A stretch of 64,000 nt of DNA, taken from Candidatus Tayloriibacteriota bacterium (lineage in GTDB: Bacteria > Patescibacteriota > Minisyncoccia > Phycocordibacterales > UBA6065). Below are positions 7,750 to 17,315 of this stretch, piece after piece. A program made the translations under genes and the position numbers. The stretch lies in assembly GCA_016215405.1 (NCBI GenBank), contig JACRJQ010000008.1:124898-188897 (forward strand). Reading direction: 5' to 3'. Every line of letters begins with the position of its first letter. Position 1 is the first letter of the stretch. The notes beneath the pieces were generated by a model that saw only the letters and a program-made list of their open reading frames with translations, had not been told where the DNA came from and did not search any database.

Positions 7750-8983
7750 ATTTTACGCGTATCTTTATGAAGCGGTGCTTTCCGACCTTCAGATCGAGAT
7801 CTGACTCGACCTTGGCGTCGAAAGCCTCGATGGGTTTGCCGGATTTAAGGTCCTTGATCGCCTTTTCTGCCACCAGCCGCTTGAACTCTGCCTTGGAGGA
7901 GACGATCTTGTTCTCTACGAGGACATCTGAGACGAGAGCTCCTTTCGAAGCTAGGGCCTCGGGAGCTTCCGACGACATGTCCCCTTTGGAGAAGGCGGCG
8001 AGGAAGGATCCCTTCGCCTTCTCGGCGCCCTCCTTTCCGTGGTAGATGGATACGAGAGCGAGGGCGAGACGCAGCTTCGAGTCGCGAGGATTGCCGCCTC
8101 GATCGAGGAAGGCCTTCTCTTTGGCGATGTCGTCCTCGGACGCCTCGGTGCAGAGCTCGAAGCCGGGGAGTATCATTCCGTCCGGCCAGCTCATGACCTT
8201 TCCGAACATCTCGGAGGCGGAATCGAGGAGGGTTATCATGTTGCCTTCGGTCTTGCCCATCTTCTTTCCCGATGGGTCGACGAGGAGCCTGGTCGCGACG
8301 ACGAACTTCTCTTTGTCCTTAAGCGATCGCAAGAGGTGCCTGCCGGCGAGCATATTGAAGGTCTGGTCGTTGCCGCCTATCTCCGCGTCCGTATCGAGAG
8401 ATACCGAATCGTACCCTTGCATGAGCGGATAGAGGAATTCGTGTACGAATATAGGCTTTTTCTCAGCCATCCTCTTTTCGAACATGTCCCTTTCGAGCAT
8501 CTGGCTCACCGTCATTGTCGATGCGAGCGAGACGACGTCGGAAAAAGTCATCTTGGAGAGCCATGTGCTGTTGAATACGAGCTTGGCTGGATTCTTTCCA
8601 CCGAAAGAGAGGAATTTCGAAGCCTGTTCTTTGTAGAGCCGGCAATTCGCGAGCACCTCTTCTCTCGTAAGCGCCTTGCGGGCGGCCATCTTGTCGGTCG
8701 GGTCGCCTATCATCGCGGTGAAATCGCCGATAAGGAGAGTGACCTTATGCCCCATCTTCTGGAGCTTTCCGATCTTCATGAGAGGGATCGCGTGGCCGAT
8801 ATGGAGCGTCGGACCCGTCGGGTCGATGCCGAAGTATATCGAGATGGGCTTTCCGGAGGAGAGCGCCTTCTTGAAAGCCTCTTTCGAGGGAAATACGGCC
8901 TCTACGCCGCGCGAGAGAAAAGCGTCTATCTCCTTCGTATTAACATCGATCGTCGCCGGTTTGCCGCTTCGCGAGAATATCAT
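7748..8983 (-). CDS. tyrS: Tyrosine--tRNA ligase
   Basis: GIDPTGPTLHIGH, YPLMQGYD, GGNDQTFN, KMGKT, C-terminal S4-like domain. Confidence 0.96.
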   Translation of the reverse strand: MIFSRSGKPATIDVNTKEIDAFLSRGVEAVFPSKEAFKKALSSGKPISIYFGIDPTGPTLHIGHAIPLMKIGKLQKMGHKVTLLIGDFTAMIGDPTDKMAARKALTREEVLANCRLYKEQASKFLSFGGKNPAKLVFNSTWLSKMTFSDVVSLASTMTVSQMLERDMFEKRMAEKKPIFVHEFLYPLMQGYDSVSLDTDAEIGGNDQTFNMLAGRHLLRSLKDKEKFVVATRLLVDPSGKKMGKTEGNMITLLDSASEMFGKVMSWPDGMILPGFELCTEASEDDIAKEKAFLDRGGNPRDSKLRLALALVSIYHGKEGAEKAKGSFLAAFSKGDMSSEAPEALASKGALVSDVLVENKIVSSKAEFKRLVAEKAIKDLKSGKPIEAFDAKVESDLDLKVGKHRFIKIRVK

Positions 8984-9058
8984 GACAACAATGTATCACA
9001 GGGCTATTTCGTTGTCTTGTAGAGCCATTCCTTTGGTGGTATCTTGAGTCTACTTCAT

Positions 9059-11605
9059 ATGAGAAAAAGCACCTTCCGGAGGGTTTTCGCGCATTTTAAG
9101 GCGCACACCCTGAAAGATATCGCCATCATCTTCGCGTCTTTCGCCGCCATCGCTTTGGGGGCAGCGGTACTCTGGGTATCTTCGTTCCGGCTTCCCGACC
9201 TCTCTTCCTTCGAGCAGCGAAAGGTGAGCGAGTCGACGAAGATATATGACAGGACAGGAAAGGTCCTCCTCTACGACCTTAATGAAGGGGTAAAAAGGAC
9301 CGTGGTCTCCTCGTCGGAGATCTCCGACCTCATAAAAAGGGCGACGGTCGCCATAGAGGACGCCGATTTCTACGACCATAACGGCATAAAGATATCCTCG
9401 TTCATCCGCGCGGTCCTCGCGAACCTCAAGACCGGCGAATTCAGCCAGGGCGGATCGACCATAACCCAACAGGTGGTCAAGAACACCCTCCTCACCCAAG
9501 AGAAGAAGATATCGAGGAAGCTCAAGGAGTGGGTCCTTGCCATCAAGCTCGATAAAGCCCTCACCAAAGACGAGATCCTCACGAGCTATCTCAACGAGAA
9601 TCCCTACGGCGGCGCCGTCTACGGCGTACAAGAAGCTTCGAGGAGATTTTTCGGGAAATCGGCGAAAGATGTCACTTTGGCCGAAGCGGCGTACCTCGCA
9701 GCCATCCCCCAGGCGACTACCTACTACTCGCCTTACGGCAAAAACGTGGAGAAGCTCGAGGATAGGAAGAACCTCGTCCTCCGCAAGATGGTCGAGGTCG
9801 GATACATAAGCGAGGAAGAGTACGAGGCCGCAAGAAAGGAGAAAGTGGCCTTCCAGGCCCAAGAAGAGTCGGGGATAAAAGCTCCTCATTTCGTATTCTT
9901 CGTCAAAGACTATCTCGAAGGGATCCTCGGGGAAGGCTTCCTCGAAGAGGCCGGCTACAAGGTCGTGACGACTCTCGATATCGACCTTCAGGAGAAGGCG
10001 CAGGACCTCGTAAAGGCGACCGCGCGCTCCAACCAGGAGAATTTCGATGCGGAGAACGCGGCGCTCGTAGCGCTCGACCCAAAGACCGGCGATATCCTCT
10101 CCATGGTCGGATCGCGCGACTATTTCGACAAGGAGATAGACGGGAAATTCAACGTGGCGACATCTCCCAACCGCCAGCCCGGCTCTACCATGAAGCCGAT
10201 AATATACGCGAGAGCTTTCGAAGAGGGGTACACGCCCGAAACGATCCTCTTCGACCTCGAAACCGAGTTCAGCTCGGAGTGCACGACGGAATTCAAGCCG
10301 AAGAACGAGGGGGCGGACCCGAAGACCTGCTACCACCCGAAGAACTACGACGATAGATTCCGCGGGCCTATAAGCCTCCGGGAGGCCCTGGCTCAATCTA
10401 TAAACGTCCCGTCTGTAAAGCTCCTCTATCTCGCCGGCGTGCGAGACTCTCTCTCCCTCGCCAAAGACATGGGCATAACGACCCTTACAAACGCCAACCA
10501 GTATGGGCTCACCCTCGTTCTTGGAGGCGGCGAGACGTCCCTCCTCGAGATGACCTCGGCGTACGGCACCTTCGCAGCCGAAGGGGTCCACGTCCCTTAT
10601 AAGCCGGTCATCGCTCTCTATGATGCCAAGGGCAAGGAGATAAGGCTCCCTTCGGAGAAGCCTCGCCAAGCCCTCTCCGCCGACTCTGCTCGCGCGATCT
10701 CCGACATCCTCTCCGATAACGCCGCGCGCACGCCGGCATATGGGGCGAATTCCGTCCTCTATTTTCCAGATCGCGACGTAGCGGTAAAGACGGGTACCAC
10801 GAACGATTCTAGAGACGCTTGGACGATCGGATACTCCCCCAACATCGTGGTCGGCGTCTGGGCGGGAAACAATGACAACGCCCCGATGGTAAAGAAGGTG
10901 GCCGGACAGATCGTGGCCCCTATGTGGAGCTCGTTCATGAAACAGGCGCTCCAGAGCGTTCCAGATGAGAGGTTCTCGCCTCCTTCGCCGAAGGATTCGG
11001 CCAAGCTTAAGCCGGTGATGAAAGGTATCTGGCAAGGAGGCACGACCTATACGATCGACACCATCTCGGGGAAGCTCGCAACAGAGTTCACTCCGGCAGA
11101 GACGAAAAAGGAAGTCGCGATCCAGTCCGTCCACTCCATATTGCATTGGCTCGATAAAGACGATCCCCTAGGCCCCGCCCCCCTCTATCCTCAGCGCGAC
11201 TCTCAATACGAGAAATGGGAGTTCGTAGTGAGGAAGTGGGCGCTCGAGAACGGCTACGCCGACCAGACCACCTCCTCGATGCCTACACAGTACGACGACG
11301 TCCATACGGCAGGGAACATGTTCACGATAAGCATCCAGAACATAGAGCAGTCGAAGCCTTATGGGCTAAACGACACCGTCTCCGTCTACGTGAACTCTAC
11401 AGGAAAGTACCAAATGGCTAAGGCGAGCCTCTACGTGAACGGCTCTTTCGTCGAAACGACGGAGAGGCAGCCGTTCATCTTTAGGTTCTCTCCTTCGTCT
11501 ATAGCGAACGTTAAGGACAAGAATATGGTGCGGATCGTCGGGCAAGACTCGGTATATAACCGCGCAGAGGCATCGGCGGAATTCAGCGTGGCTCTCGAGG
11601 GCTAA
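9059..11605 (+). CDS. Class A penicillin-binding protein (transglycosylase + transpeptidase, C-terminal Ig-like domain)
   Basis: AIEDADF, QGGSTITQQVVKN, RKLKE, QPGSTMK (SxxK), SIN, KTGTTND. Confidence 0.94.
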   Translation: MRKSTFRRVFAHFKAHTLKDIAIIFASFAAIALGAAVLWVSSFRLPDLSSFEQRKVSESTKIYDRTGKVLLYDLNEGVKRTVVSSSEISDLIKRATVAIEDADFYDHNGIKISSFIRAVLANLKTGEFSQGGSTITQQVVKNTLLTQEKKISRKLKEWVLAIKLDKALTKDEILTSYLNENPYGGAVYGVQEASRRFFGKSAKDVTLAEAAYLAAIPQATTYYSPYGKNVEKLEDRKNLVLRKMVEVGYISEEEYEAARKEKVAFQAQEESGIKAPHFVFFVKDYLEGILGEGFLEEAGYKVVTTLDIDLQEKAQDLVKATARSNQENFDAENAALVALDPKTGDILSMVGSRDYFDKEIDGKFNVATSPNRQPGSTMKPIIYARAFEEGYTPETILFDLETEFSSECTTEFKPKNEGADPKTCYHPKNYDDRFRGPISLREALAQSINVPSVKLLYLAGVRDSLSLAKDMGITTLTNANQYGLTLVLGGGETSLLEMTSAYGTFAAEGVHVPYKPVIALYDAKGKEIRLPSEKPRQALSADSARAISDILSDNAARTPAYGANSVLYFPDRDVAVKTGTTNDSRDAWTIGYSPNIVVGVWAGNNDNAPMVKKVAGQIVAPMWSSFMKQALQSVPDERFSPPSPKDSAKLKPVMKGIWQGGTTYTIDTISGKLATEFTPAETKKEVAIQSVHSILHWLDKDDPLGPAPLYPQRDSQYEKWEFVVRKWALENGYADQTTSSMPTQYDDVHTAGNMFTISIQNIEQSKPYGLNDTVSVYVNSTGKYQMAKASLYVNGSFVETTERQPFIFRFSPSSIANVKDKNMVRIVGQDSVYNRAEASAEFSVALEG

Positions 11606-11853
11606 CGGATATCGTAAACCTTCGAACCCGGCGACTTGGAGCGAAGAGACGCGAGCACCGCGTCTTTTTTCGTATATACCGCGGACTTGAGCATCGACGA
11701 CCCCTTAACGTACAGGACGCCCTTCTTCACCTCGAATTCTGCCCCCTCGACGCCGCAAACCTCTCTAAGCGAGGAAAGTATCGCATCCCTCTCGTGAAGG
11801 GCGCTCTGGCCCAACGTAGCGAACTTCTTGAGGTAGTCGGAGATGTTGAACAT
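11602..11853 (-). CDS. Small protein, possibly DciA/DUF721-like helicase-loading factor
   Basis: Directly downstream of dnaN; KGVLYVKGSS...KDAVLASL...VYDIR pattern recalls the DciA KH-like fold (inference). Confidence 0.55.
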   Translation of the reverse strand: MFNISDYLKKFATLGQSALHERDAILSSLREVCGVEGAEFEVKKGVLYVKGSSMLKSAVYTKKDAVLASLRSKSPGSKVYDIR

Positions 11854-11898
11854 AGGCTCTAAAGGCGAATCCCGGCTTTGACCGGGATTTCGAACCGA

Positions 11899-12999
11899 CT
11901 ATCGATTCATCGGCATCACCAGATAGGTGAACGATTTGTCCGAGACGCCTCGCATCACGAGAGGCTTATTCGACCCGCTGATGGAGAGAGATATCGAGTC
12001 GGAGTCGATCGATTGGAAGCAGTCCGAGATATATTTATGGTTGAAGTTTATCTCCACATCCTCGCCCGATACAGAAGAGTCGATAGCGTTGGTATACTCG
12101 CCCACATCGCTATTCTTTGTCGCGATGACGAAGTTCTTCTTCGAAGGCAGAGCCTTCACGTTGACCTGATTGAACTTATCGGAAAAGACGTGAGAGGTCT
12201 TGAGAGAATCGACGAGGTCCTGCTTGAGGACGACCACCTCCGTGACGAACGCCTTCGGGATGATCTGCCTGTAGTCGGGGAAGGTTGCGTCTATGACTCG
12301 CGACATGAGGTAGATATCCTTTCCTTCGAAGGCGATCTGATTCCTATCGAAATAGACCTTTATGTCCTCGGTGAGGCCGTCGAGGGTTCTTATGACGTCG
12401 CTTACGTTCTTTGCTGGGATAATGACCGAAGGAAAATCTACGGAATCTTTTATCTTGACCCTCTTCTCGGCGAGCCTAAACGAGTCCGTCGATACGAAAA
12501 CCAAGTCAGACCCCTCCTTGTAGACGTATACAGAGGAGAGCTCGGGCTTTACCGTCGATACAGAAGCGCTGTATACGACCGATTTGAACCCTTTGACGAG
12601 AAGGCGAGGATTGATCTCGATCGTCCTCTGGCTATCTATCTTCGGTATCGCTGGAAAATCATCGGGAGAATATGTCTTGATGAGAGTGGTGTTCGCCGAG
12701 GTAGAGACGAGGACGTTGCCCTCTTTCGATTCGAGGATTATATTCTTCTCTTTCGGAAGGCCGGAAAGAAGGGATGTGAGGACTGCGCCGTGAATCGCGA
12801 CCTCGCCCTCTGTATCCACCTTCGCCGGTATCTTTATCTCTATGCCGCAGTCGAGGTTCGTCGCCCGTACCGTAAGCGAATTCTTCGATGCGCGCAGATC
12901 GACGCACGAGAGTATCGGTAATGAGAGGTTTTTAGAGGTCAGCCTGTCTGCTTTCGTTATAGCGTCTATAAGCTTGTCTTTGATGCATTCGATTTTCAT
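11899..12999 (-). CDS. dnaN: DNA polymerase III beta sliding clamp
   Basis: LPILS, ATNLD, STDSFRLA, FPDYRQIIP, YLVMPM. Confidence 0.97.
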   Translation of the reverse strand: MKIECIKDKLIDAITKADRLTSKNLSLPILSCVDLRASKNSLTVRATNLDCGIEIKIPAKVDTEGEVAIHGAVLTSLLSGLPKEKNIILESKEGNVLVSTSANTTLIKTYSPDDFPAIPKIDSQRTIEINPRLLVKGFKSVVYSASVSTVKPELSSVYVYKEGSDLVFVSTDSFRLAEKRVKIKDSVDFPSVIIPAKNVSDVIRTLDGLTEDIKVYFDRNQIAFEGKDIYLMSRVIDATFPDYRQIIPKAFVTEVVVLKQDLVDSLKTSHVFSDKFNQVNVKALPSKKNFVIATKNSDVGEYTNAIDSSVSGEDVEINFNHKYISDCFQSIDSDSISLSISGSNKPLVMRGVSDKSFTYLVMPMNR

Positions 13000-13243
13000 A
13001 GTCCCAGTATATCCTCTTAATTATCTATATATAAGACTATTACTATTAATATACCTGTGGATATGTGTATAAGTCGCGCTTGAGACTATAAACAAGGTTA
13101 TTTCGGATATTTCTCTTGCCGCTACGTGGGGATATCCGGTTTTGTTTCAGAACAACTTTTCGCTCTATGATCGAAAGCTCGAAGTTATCCAACAGCATCC
13201 CTCTCTTATCCACTCGAAATCTACACTTTTCCCCAGGCTTTTC
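13000..13243. promoter_or_regulatory. oriC: oriC unwinding region (dnaA-dnaN intergenic)
   Basis: DnaA boxes TGTGGATAT 13056-64, TGTGTATAA 13064-72, TTATCCAAC 13185-93, TTATCCACT 13206-14; adjacent AT-rich tract with TAN trinucleotide repeats. Confidence 0.8.
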
Positions 13244-14587
13244 CTACGAGATGAGAGATCGTATGTGATTTACCTCTTGGAGAAGGATCTGGTTTGATTT
13301 TATATCCTCCTTTATCTTCTCGCATGAGTGGATCACGGTCGTATGGTCGCGGCCGCCGAGCTTCTCCCCTATCGAAGGGTATGAGATGTTCATGTCCTCG
13401 CGCAGAAGGTACATGATGACCTGGCGCGGCTTAACCACCTCCTTCTTTCGCGTTTTCTCGTAGATATGGGTCTCTTCGATGTTGTAGAAATCCGACACAA
13501 TCTTCACCACATCCTTGATCGATATCGATTTCTTGGGCTTCGAATTGTTCTTTATGAGGTTCTTTATCTCAAGGATATTGAGCTCTCGGCCTCGAAGCTG
13601 CGTCTGCATGGCGATCGAGTTGACGACGCCCTCGAGCTCGCGGATATTCCCGTCTATCGAAGATGCTAGGAATTCTAGATGCTCTTCTGGCAAAGGGATG
13701 CTCTGGCGCGAGAGCTTCGTCCTCAGTATGGATATCCTCGATTCGTAGTCGGGAGCCGATACGTCGACGATCATCCCCGACCCGAAGCGGGATTTGAGCC
13801 TGTCTTCGAGGTCCGGCATGTGGTTAGGGTGCTGATCGGACGAGCAGATGAGCTGTTTGTTCGACTCCTTGAGGGTGTTGAAGAGATGGAAGAACTCCTC
13901 CTGGGATTTTTCCTTCGAAGAGAAGAACTGTACGTCGTCCATGATGAGAACGTCGTATTTTCGGTAGCGCTCCTTGAATTGGTTGGCCTTTCCGAGCTGG
14001 ATCGAGTTCATGTAGTCGACGGCGAAGCGCTCGGAAGTCACGTAGAACACCCTTTTTGCCGGGTGATTCTGCTTTATGTGGTTTCCTACGGCTTGCATGA
14101 GATGGGTCTTGCCTCGGCCGGTGCCCCCATAGATGTAGAGCGGGTTGTACGCGATGCCGGGATTTTTCATGACGGCCTGAGCAGCCGCGTGGGCGAGCTC
14201 GTTGAAGGGCCCTACGACGAACGTCTCAAAGGTGTATTTAGGGTTGAGGTTGTCGTCCTTGCTTATGTAGAAGTCCTGAAGAGGCAATTCATAGGCGGGA
14301 AGGGCCCTCTTTGGCTCTTCGGAGACCTCCCTTCTCTCTTGGGACTTGGATATCACGTATTCGAGCGACCTCACGTCGTTGCCGAAATCCCTAAGGTATT
14401 TAAGGATGGTCTTGTGGAACTTCGAGGAGAGCCATTCTTTGGCGAATATAGAGGGGACGGCAAGATATACGACCCCATCGTCGAGCCTGTGGATATACGT
14501 ATCCCTAAACCACATATTGAAGTTAGCCTTCGAGACTTGAAGCTCGATTACCCCCAGAACGTTCTCCCAAAGCTTTTTATTATCCAT
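13244..14587 (-). CDS. dnaA: Chromosomal replication initiator DnaA
   Basis: [45 protein letters not shown]. Confidence 0.98.
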   Translation of the reverse strand: MDNKKLWENVLGVIELQVSKANFNMWFRDTYIHRLDDGVVYLAVPSIFAKEWLSSKFHKTILKYLRDFGNDVRSLEYVISKSQERREVSEEPKRALPAYELPLQDFYISKDDNLNPKYTFETFVVGPFNELAHAAAQAVMKNPGIAYNPLYIYGGTGRGKTHLMQAVGNHIKQNHPAKRVFYVTSERFAVDYMNSIQLGKANQFKERYRKYDVLIMDDVQFFSSKEKSQEEFFHLFNTLKESNKQLICSSDQHPNHMPDLEDRLKSRFGSGMIVDVSAPDYESRISILRTKLSRQSIPLPEEHLEFLASSIDGNIRELEGVVNSIAMQTQLRGRELNILEIKNLIKNNSKPKKSISIKDVVKIVSDFYNIEETHIYEKTRKKEVVKPRQVIMYLLREDMNISYPSIGEKLGGRDHTTVIHSCEKIKEDIKSNQILLQEVNHIRSLIS

Positions 14588-14742
14588 GATGCAAGGTTTA
14601 GCGAGCGACCTAAAGTATAGTCGGCCTCAGGGAATTGTAGTACTTGTGGATAGGATGTAAATGTGTTAATAATATGTGAACAAACTGTTGAGAGCGGAGT
14701 TTCCCAAATCTCCGGTTTCGGTTTACACTTTATTCCCTACTT
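14588..14742. promoter_or_regulatory. dnaA-rpmH divergent promoter region with DnaA boxes
   Basis: TGTGGATAG 14645-53, TGTGAACAA 14675-83. Confidence 0.6.
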
Positions 14743-14880
14743 ATGGCAATCGTATACAAGACAAAGAATAGGAAACGAGCTCGCGCTCACGGCTTCCTCG
14801 CGAGGAAGGCCACAAAGAACGGCAGGAACGTCATGAAGCGCCGAAGGCAGAAGGGCCGAAAGCGCGTAGTGAAGGTATAA
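14743..14880 (+). CDS. rpmH: 50S ribosomal protein bL34
   Basis: Manual translation [45 protein letters not shown]; conserved dnaA-rpmH-rnpA synteny; below the ORF track length cutoff. Confidence 0.95.
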   Translation: MAIVYKTKNRKRARAHGFLARKATKNGRNVMKRRRQKGRKRVVKV

Positions 14881-14891
14881 TCCCATACCCC

Positions 14892-15215
14892 ATGCTCCCG
14901 AAGGCGAAACGCCTCACGACGGAGGATGTCGGTTCGCTCGATACTGGAAGAAGCGTCTTCGGGACGCTTCTTTCTTTGAGGCTGAGGCCGTCTAAGGCCC
15001 TTAAATGCTCGGTTTCGGTATCGAAGAAGGTGGCGCCGAAGGCGGTAGACAGGAATCGCGCTCGACGAAGGGCGTACGCGGCGGCAGAGAAGGCCCTCAG
15101 CGCCGTGAAGTCGCCAGCTTTCATGCTCATCATGCTCAAAAAGGAAGCGCTTGCCGCGTCCGTCGAAGATATCGCCGCTGAGATCTCTTCCTTGCTCGAA
15201 AGGGCCGGTTTGTAG
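14892..15215 (+). CDS. rnpA: Ribonuclease P protein component
   Basis: MLPKAKRL, VSKKVAPKAVDRNRARR (RNR motif). Confidence 0.93.
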   Translation: MLPKAKRLTTEDVGSLDTGRSVFGTLLSLRLRPSKALKCSVSVSKKVAPKAVDRNRARRRAYAAAEKALSAVKSPAFMLIMLKKEALAASVEDIAAEISSLLERAGL

Positions 15216-15245
15216 GCTTTCTCACCCTCGCTTATACTTATCCCT

Positions 15246-16007
15246 ATGCGTTACATCTACAATAGCTTCATTTACGAGCCCCTCTATAACGGCCTTATAA
15301 TCCTCGTCGACCTCCTCAAAAGCCTCTCGTGGGTCGATGCCGGCATCATAATCATCCTTTTCACGATCATCGTTAAGCTCGTCCTCTTCCCTCTTTCGAA
15401 GAAGGCCGTCCGTACCCAGGCTGTAATGAAGCTCGTCGAGCCGGAGCTCGCCGCTCTTAAAGAGAAGTATAAGGGGGACAAGCAGGCCCAGGCGGTCCAT
15501 ATCATGAATTTCTACAAGGAGAAGGGCATAAACCCCTTCTCGAGCATCTTCCTCCTCTTTATCCAGCTCCCGATAATATTCGCGCTCTATAAGGTCTTCT
15601 ACGCCACAGGCTTCACTTCGATCCATACAGAGCTCCTCTATTCGTTCGTCTCCGTTCCTCCCCTCCCGTCGCCTCTATTCCTCGGTATTCTCGATGTCAC
15701 GGAGAAGAGCGCCGTCCTCGCCGTCCTCGCGGCGGTCTCTCAGTATTTTCAGATAAAGCTCTCCGTTCCGGTATTGCCAAAGAAAACAGGAGGAGAAAGG
15801 AACTTCCAAGAGGATTTCGCGCGCAACATGCAGGTCCAGATGAAATACGTTCTGCCTGTGATGATCCTTTTCATCTCCTATCACGTTGCCGGCGCGCTCG
15901 CCCTCTACTGGATAACCTCGAACCTATTCACCATTGGCCAAGAGCTGGTGATCCGCAGGCAGCTCGAGCGAGAAAGGGTCGCGGCGAAGGCAGTCGTTAA
16001 GGCCTAA
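15246..16007 (+). CDS. yidC: Membrane protein insertase YidC/Oxa1 (short form)
   Basis: IILFTIIVKLVLFPL, KGINPFS, IQLPI, LALYWITSNLF. Confidence 0.94.
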   Translation: MRYIYNSFIYEPLYNGLIILVDLLKSLSWVDAGIIIILFTIIVKLVLFPLSKKAVRTQAVMKLVEPELAALKEKYKGDKQAQAVHIMNFYKEKGINPFSSIFLLFIQLPIIFALYKVFYATGFTSIHTELLYSFVSVPPLPSPLFLGILDVTEKSAVLAVLAAVSQYFQIKLSVPVLPKKTGGERNFQEDFARNMQVQMKYVLPVMILFISYHVAGALALYWITSNLFTIGQELVIRRQLERERVAAKAVVKA

Positions 16008-16034
16008 GCGCTTTTACCGAGGCGAAACCTCGGT

Positions 16035-16066
16035 AAGAAAAGCCCCGCGAGAGCGGGGCTTTTCTT
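16035..16066. terminator. Bidirectional intrinsic terminator
   Basis: AAGAAAAGCCCCGC GAGA GCGGGGCTTTTCTT between convergent yidC and the secretion cluster. Confidence 0.8.
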
Positions 16067-16076
16067 AGGATGCGGG

Positions 16077-17309
16077 TTACGGCACCAGGGCGTATGCCCA
16101 CGGAGTCATATCCCTTTTGTTCCTGAATACGAGCATGGTCTCCTTCTCGTCGAGGCTCAGATCGAATATGTCCATCGAGACGCCAGCTTCGGAGAGAGGG
16201 TTGAATATTTCCTCGGTTACTCCTGTCGAAACATTTATTTTCCAGAAGCTGTCCTCAAAGGAGATCCTTCCTTTATACCAGTCATCCGGGTAGAGGCCTG
16301 ATTCGATGAATCGAGGGACGGCGCAGTAGATCGAGACTTTTTCTTTCGCGCTCCAGACGCATTTATCAGAGAGAGTGGAGACCCCTACGCCGAAGCTGTT
16401 TTCCTCTTTGACGTCTGCGACCGCAGAGGCGAGGCCGTCTGCCCCGTCTGAGCCTGAATAGAATACGAAGCTGCCATCGACGTTTCCGAGAGGCCTTAGA
16501 CCGAGGGTGCCGCCTATGACTTTGGTATATGCGCCGGTCGCGCTATCGAGGAGATATGCGCTGCCTCCGGATTTTCCGCTCGGCCGAGAATAGAGGGTGA
16601 TTGCCTTTGGCGATGACCATACAGCATCCCAATCTCCGAAGGTGGAGGAGAACACGACGGTCTTCTTCGAGCCGTTCATCTCAGACACTATGCCTTGCGC
16701 GCCAGCACCGGTCTCGTCGAGGTAGAAGGCTCGGTTCCCCTGTACGGACACGCTGGAAATGCCGTCCTGGAGGAAAAGCCCTTCAAGCGCAGCTTCTGGG
16801 GATGAGGTCGAGAGCTGGGCATAGAAGGTCCTCACTATCCCGTCTTTCAGATATCGGATAAGGAGCTTCGATCCGTCCTTGCTCCAGAGCGCCTCGTGTA
16901 TCTTCGGGAGAGTGGTGTTGGATATCTTGGTCGAGGAAGTCGTCTCGTCCGAGGTCTCGTAGATGTGGCCGGTCGCGCGTTCTACGTATCTCATGAACAC
17001 CGTCTCTCCCTTATCGAACGCGACGACGCCCGCCGAAGGAGAGGTCGAGAGCTGCCGAAGGCGAGGCTTTTCGGAGGAGCTTCCGCCACCAAGGTCGATG
17101 ACCAACCCTTCATCCCCTTCTTCGCCCTCGCCCGTACCGCCCGTCGCACCTCCCTGGCTTCCTGTCCCGCCCGGGAATAGCCCCCCCTGGACGTTCTCGC
17201 CCGTTTCTTCCGGTATGTTCGAGCTAGACCTGTTCCAGATGTACCAACCGACTATCGCGAATATGGCGAGGACCGCAATGACGAGTATTGTAAAGGTTTT
17301 CTTCGACAT
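16077..17309 (-). CDS. Membrane-anchored beta-propeller-like hypothetical protein
   Basis: N-terminal TM helix, Gly-rich linker, beta-rich repeats (ALWSKDG, KCVWS, YCAVP, YPDDWYKG). Confidence 0.75.
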   Translation of the reverse strand: MSKKTFTILVIAVLAIFAIVGWYIWNRSSSNIPEETGENVQGGLFPGGTGSQGGATGGTGEGEEGDEGLVIDLGGGSSSEKPRLRQLSTSPSAGVVAFDKGETVFMRYVERATGHIYETSDETTSSTKISNTTLPKIHEALWSKDGSKLLIRYLKDGIVRTFYAQLSTSSPEAALEGLFLQDGISSVSVQGNRAFYLDETGAGAQGIVSEMNGSKKTVVFSSTFGDWDAVWSSPKAITLYSRPSGKSGGSAYLLDSATGAYTKVIGGTLGLRPLGNVDGSFVFYSGSDGADGLASAVADVKEENSFGVGVSTLSDKCVWSAKEKVSIYCAVPRFIESGLYPDDWYKGRISFEDSFWKINVSTGVTEEIFNPLSEAGVSMDIFDLSLDEKETMLVFRNKRDMTPWAYALVP

Positions 17310-17315
17310 ATAGGA

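Noticed and set aside
9050-11146. Long antisense ORFs (this 698-aa one, also 23365-25434, 37663-39399, 11878-12921, 34717-35763 and others)
   Set aside because: Shadows of real genes on the opposite strand caused by biased codon usage; no recognisable motifs
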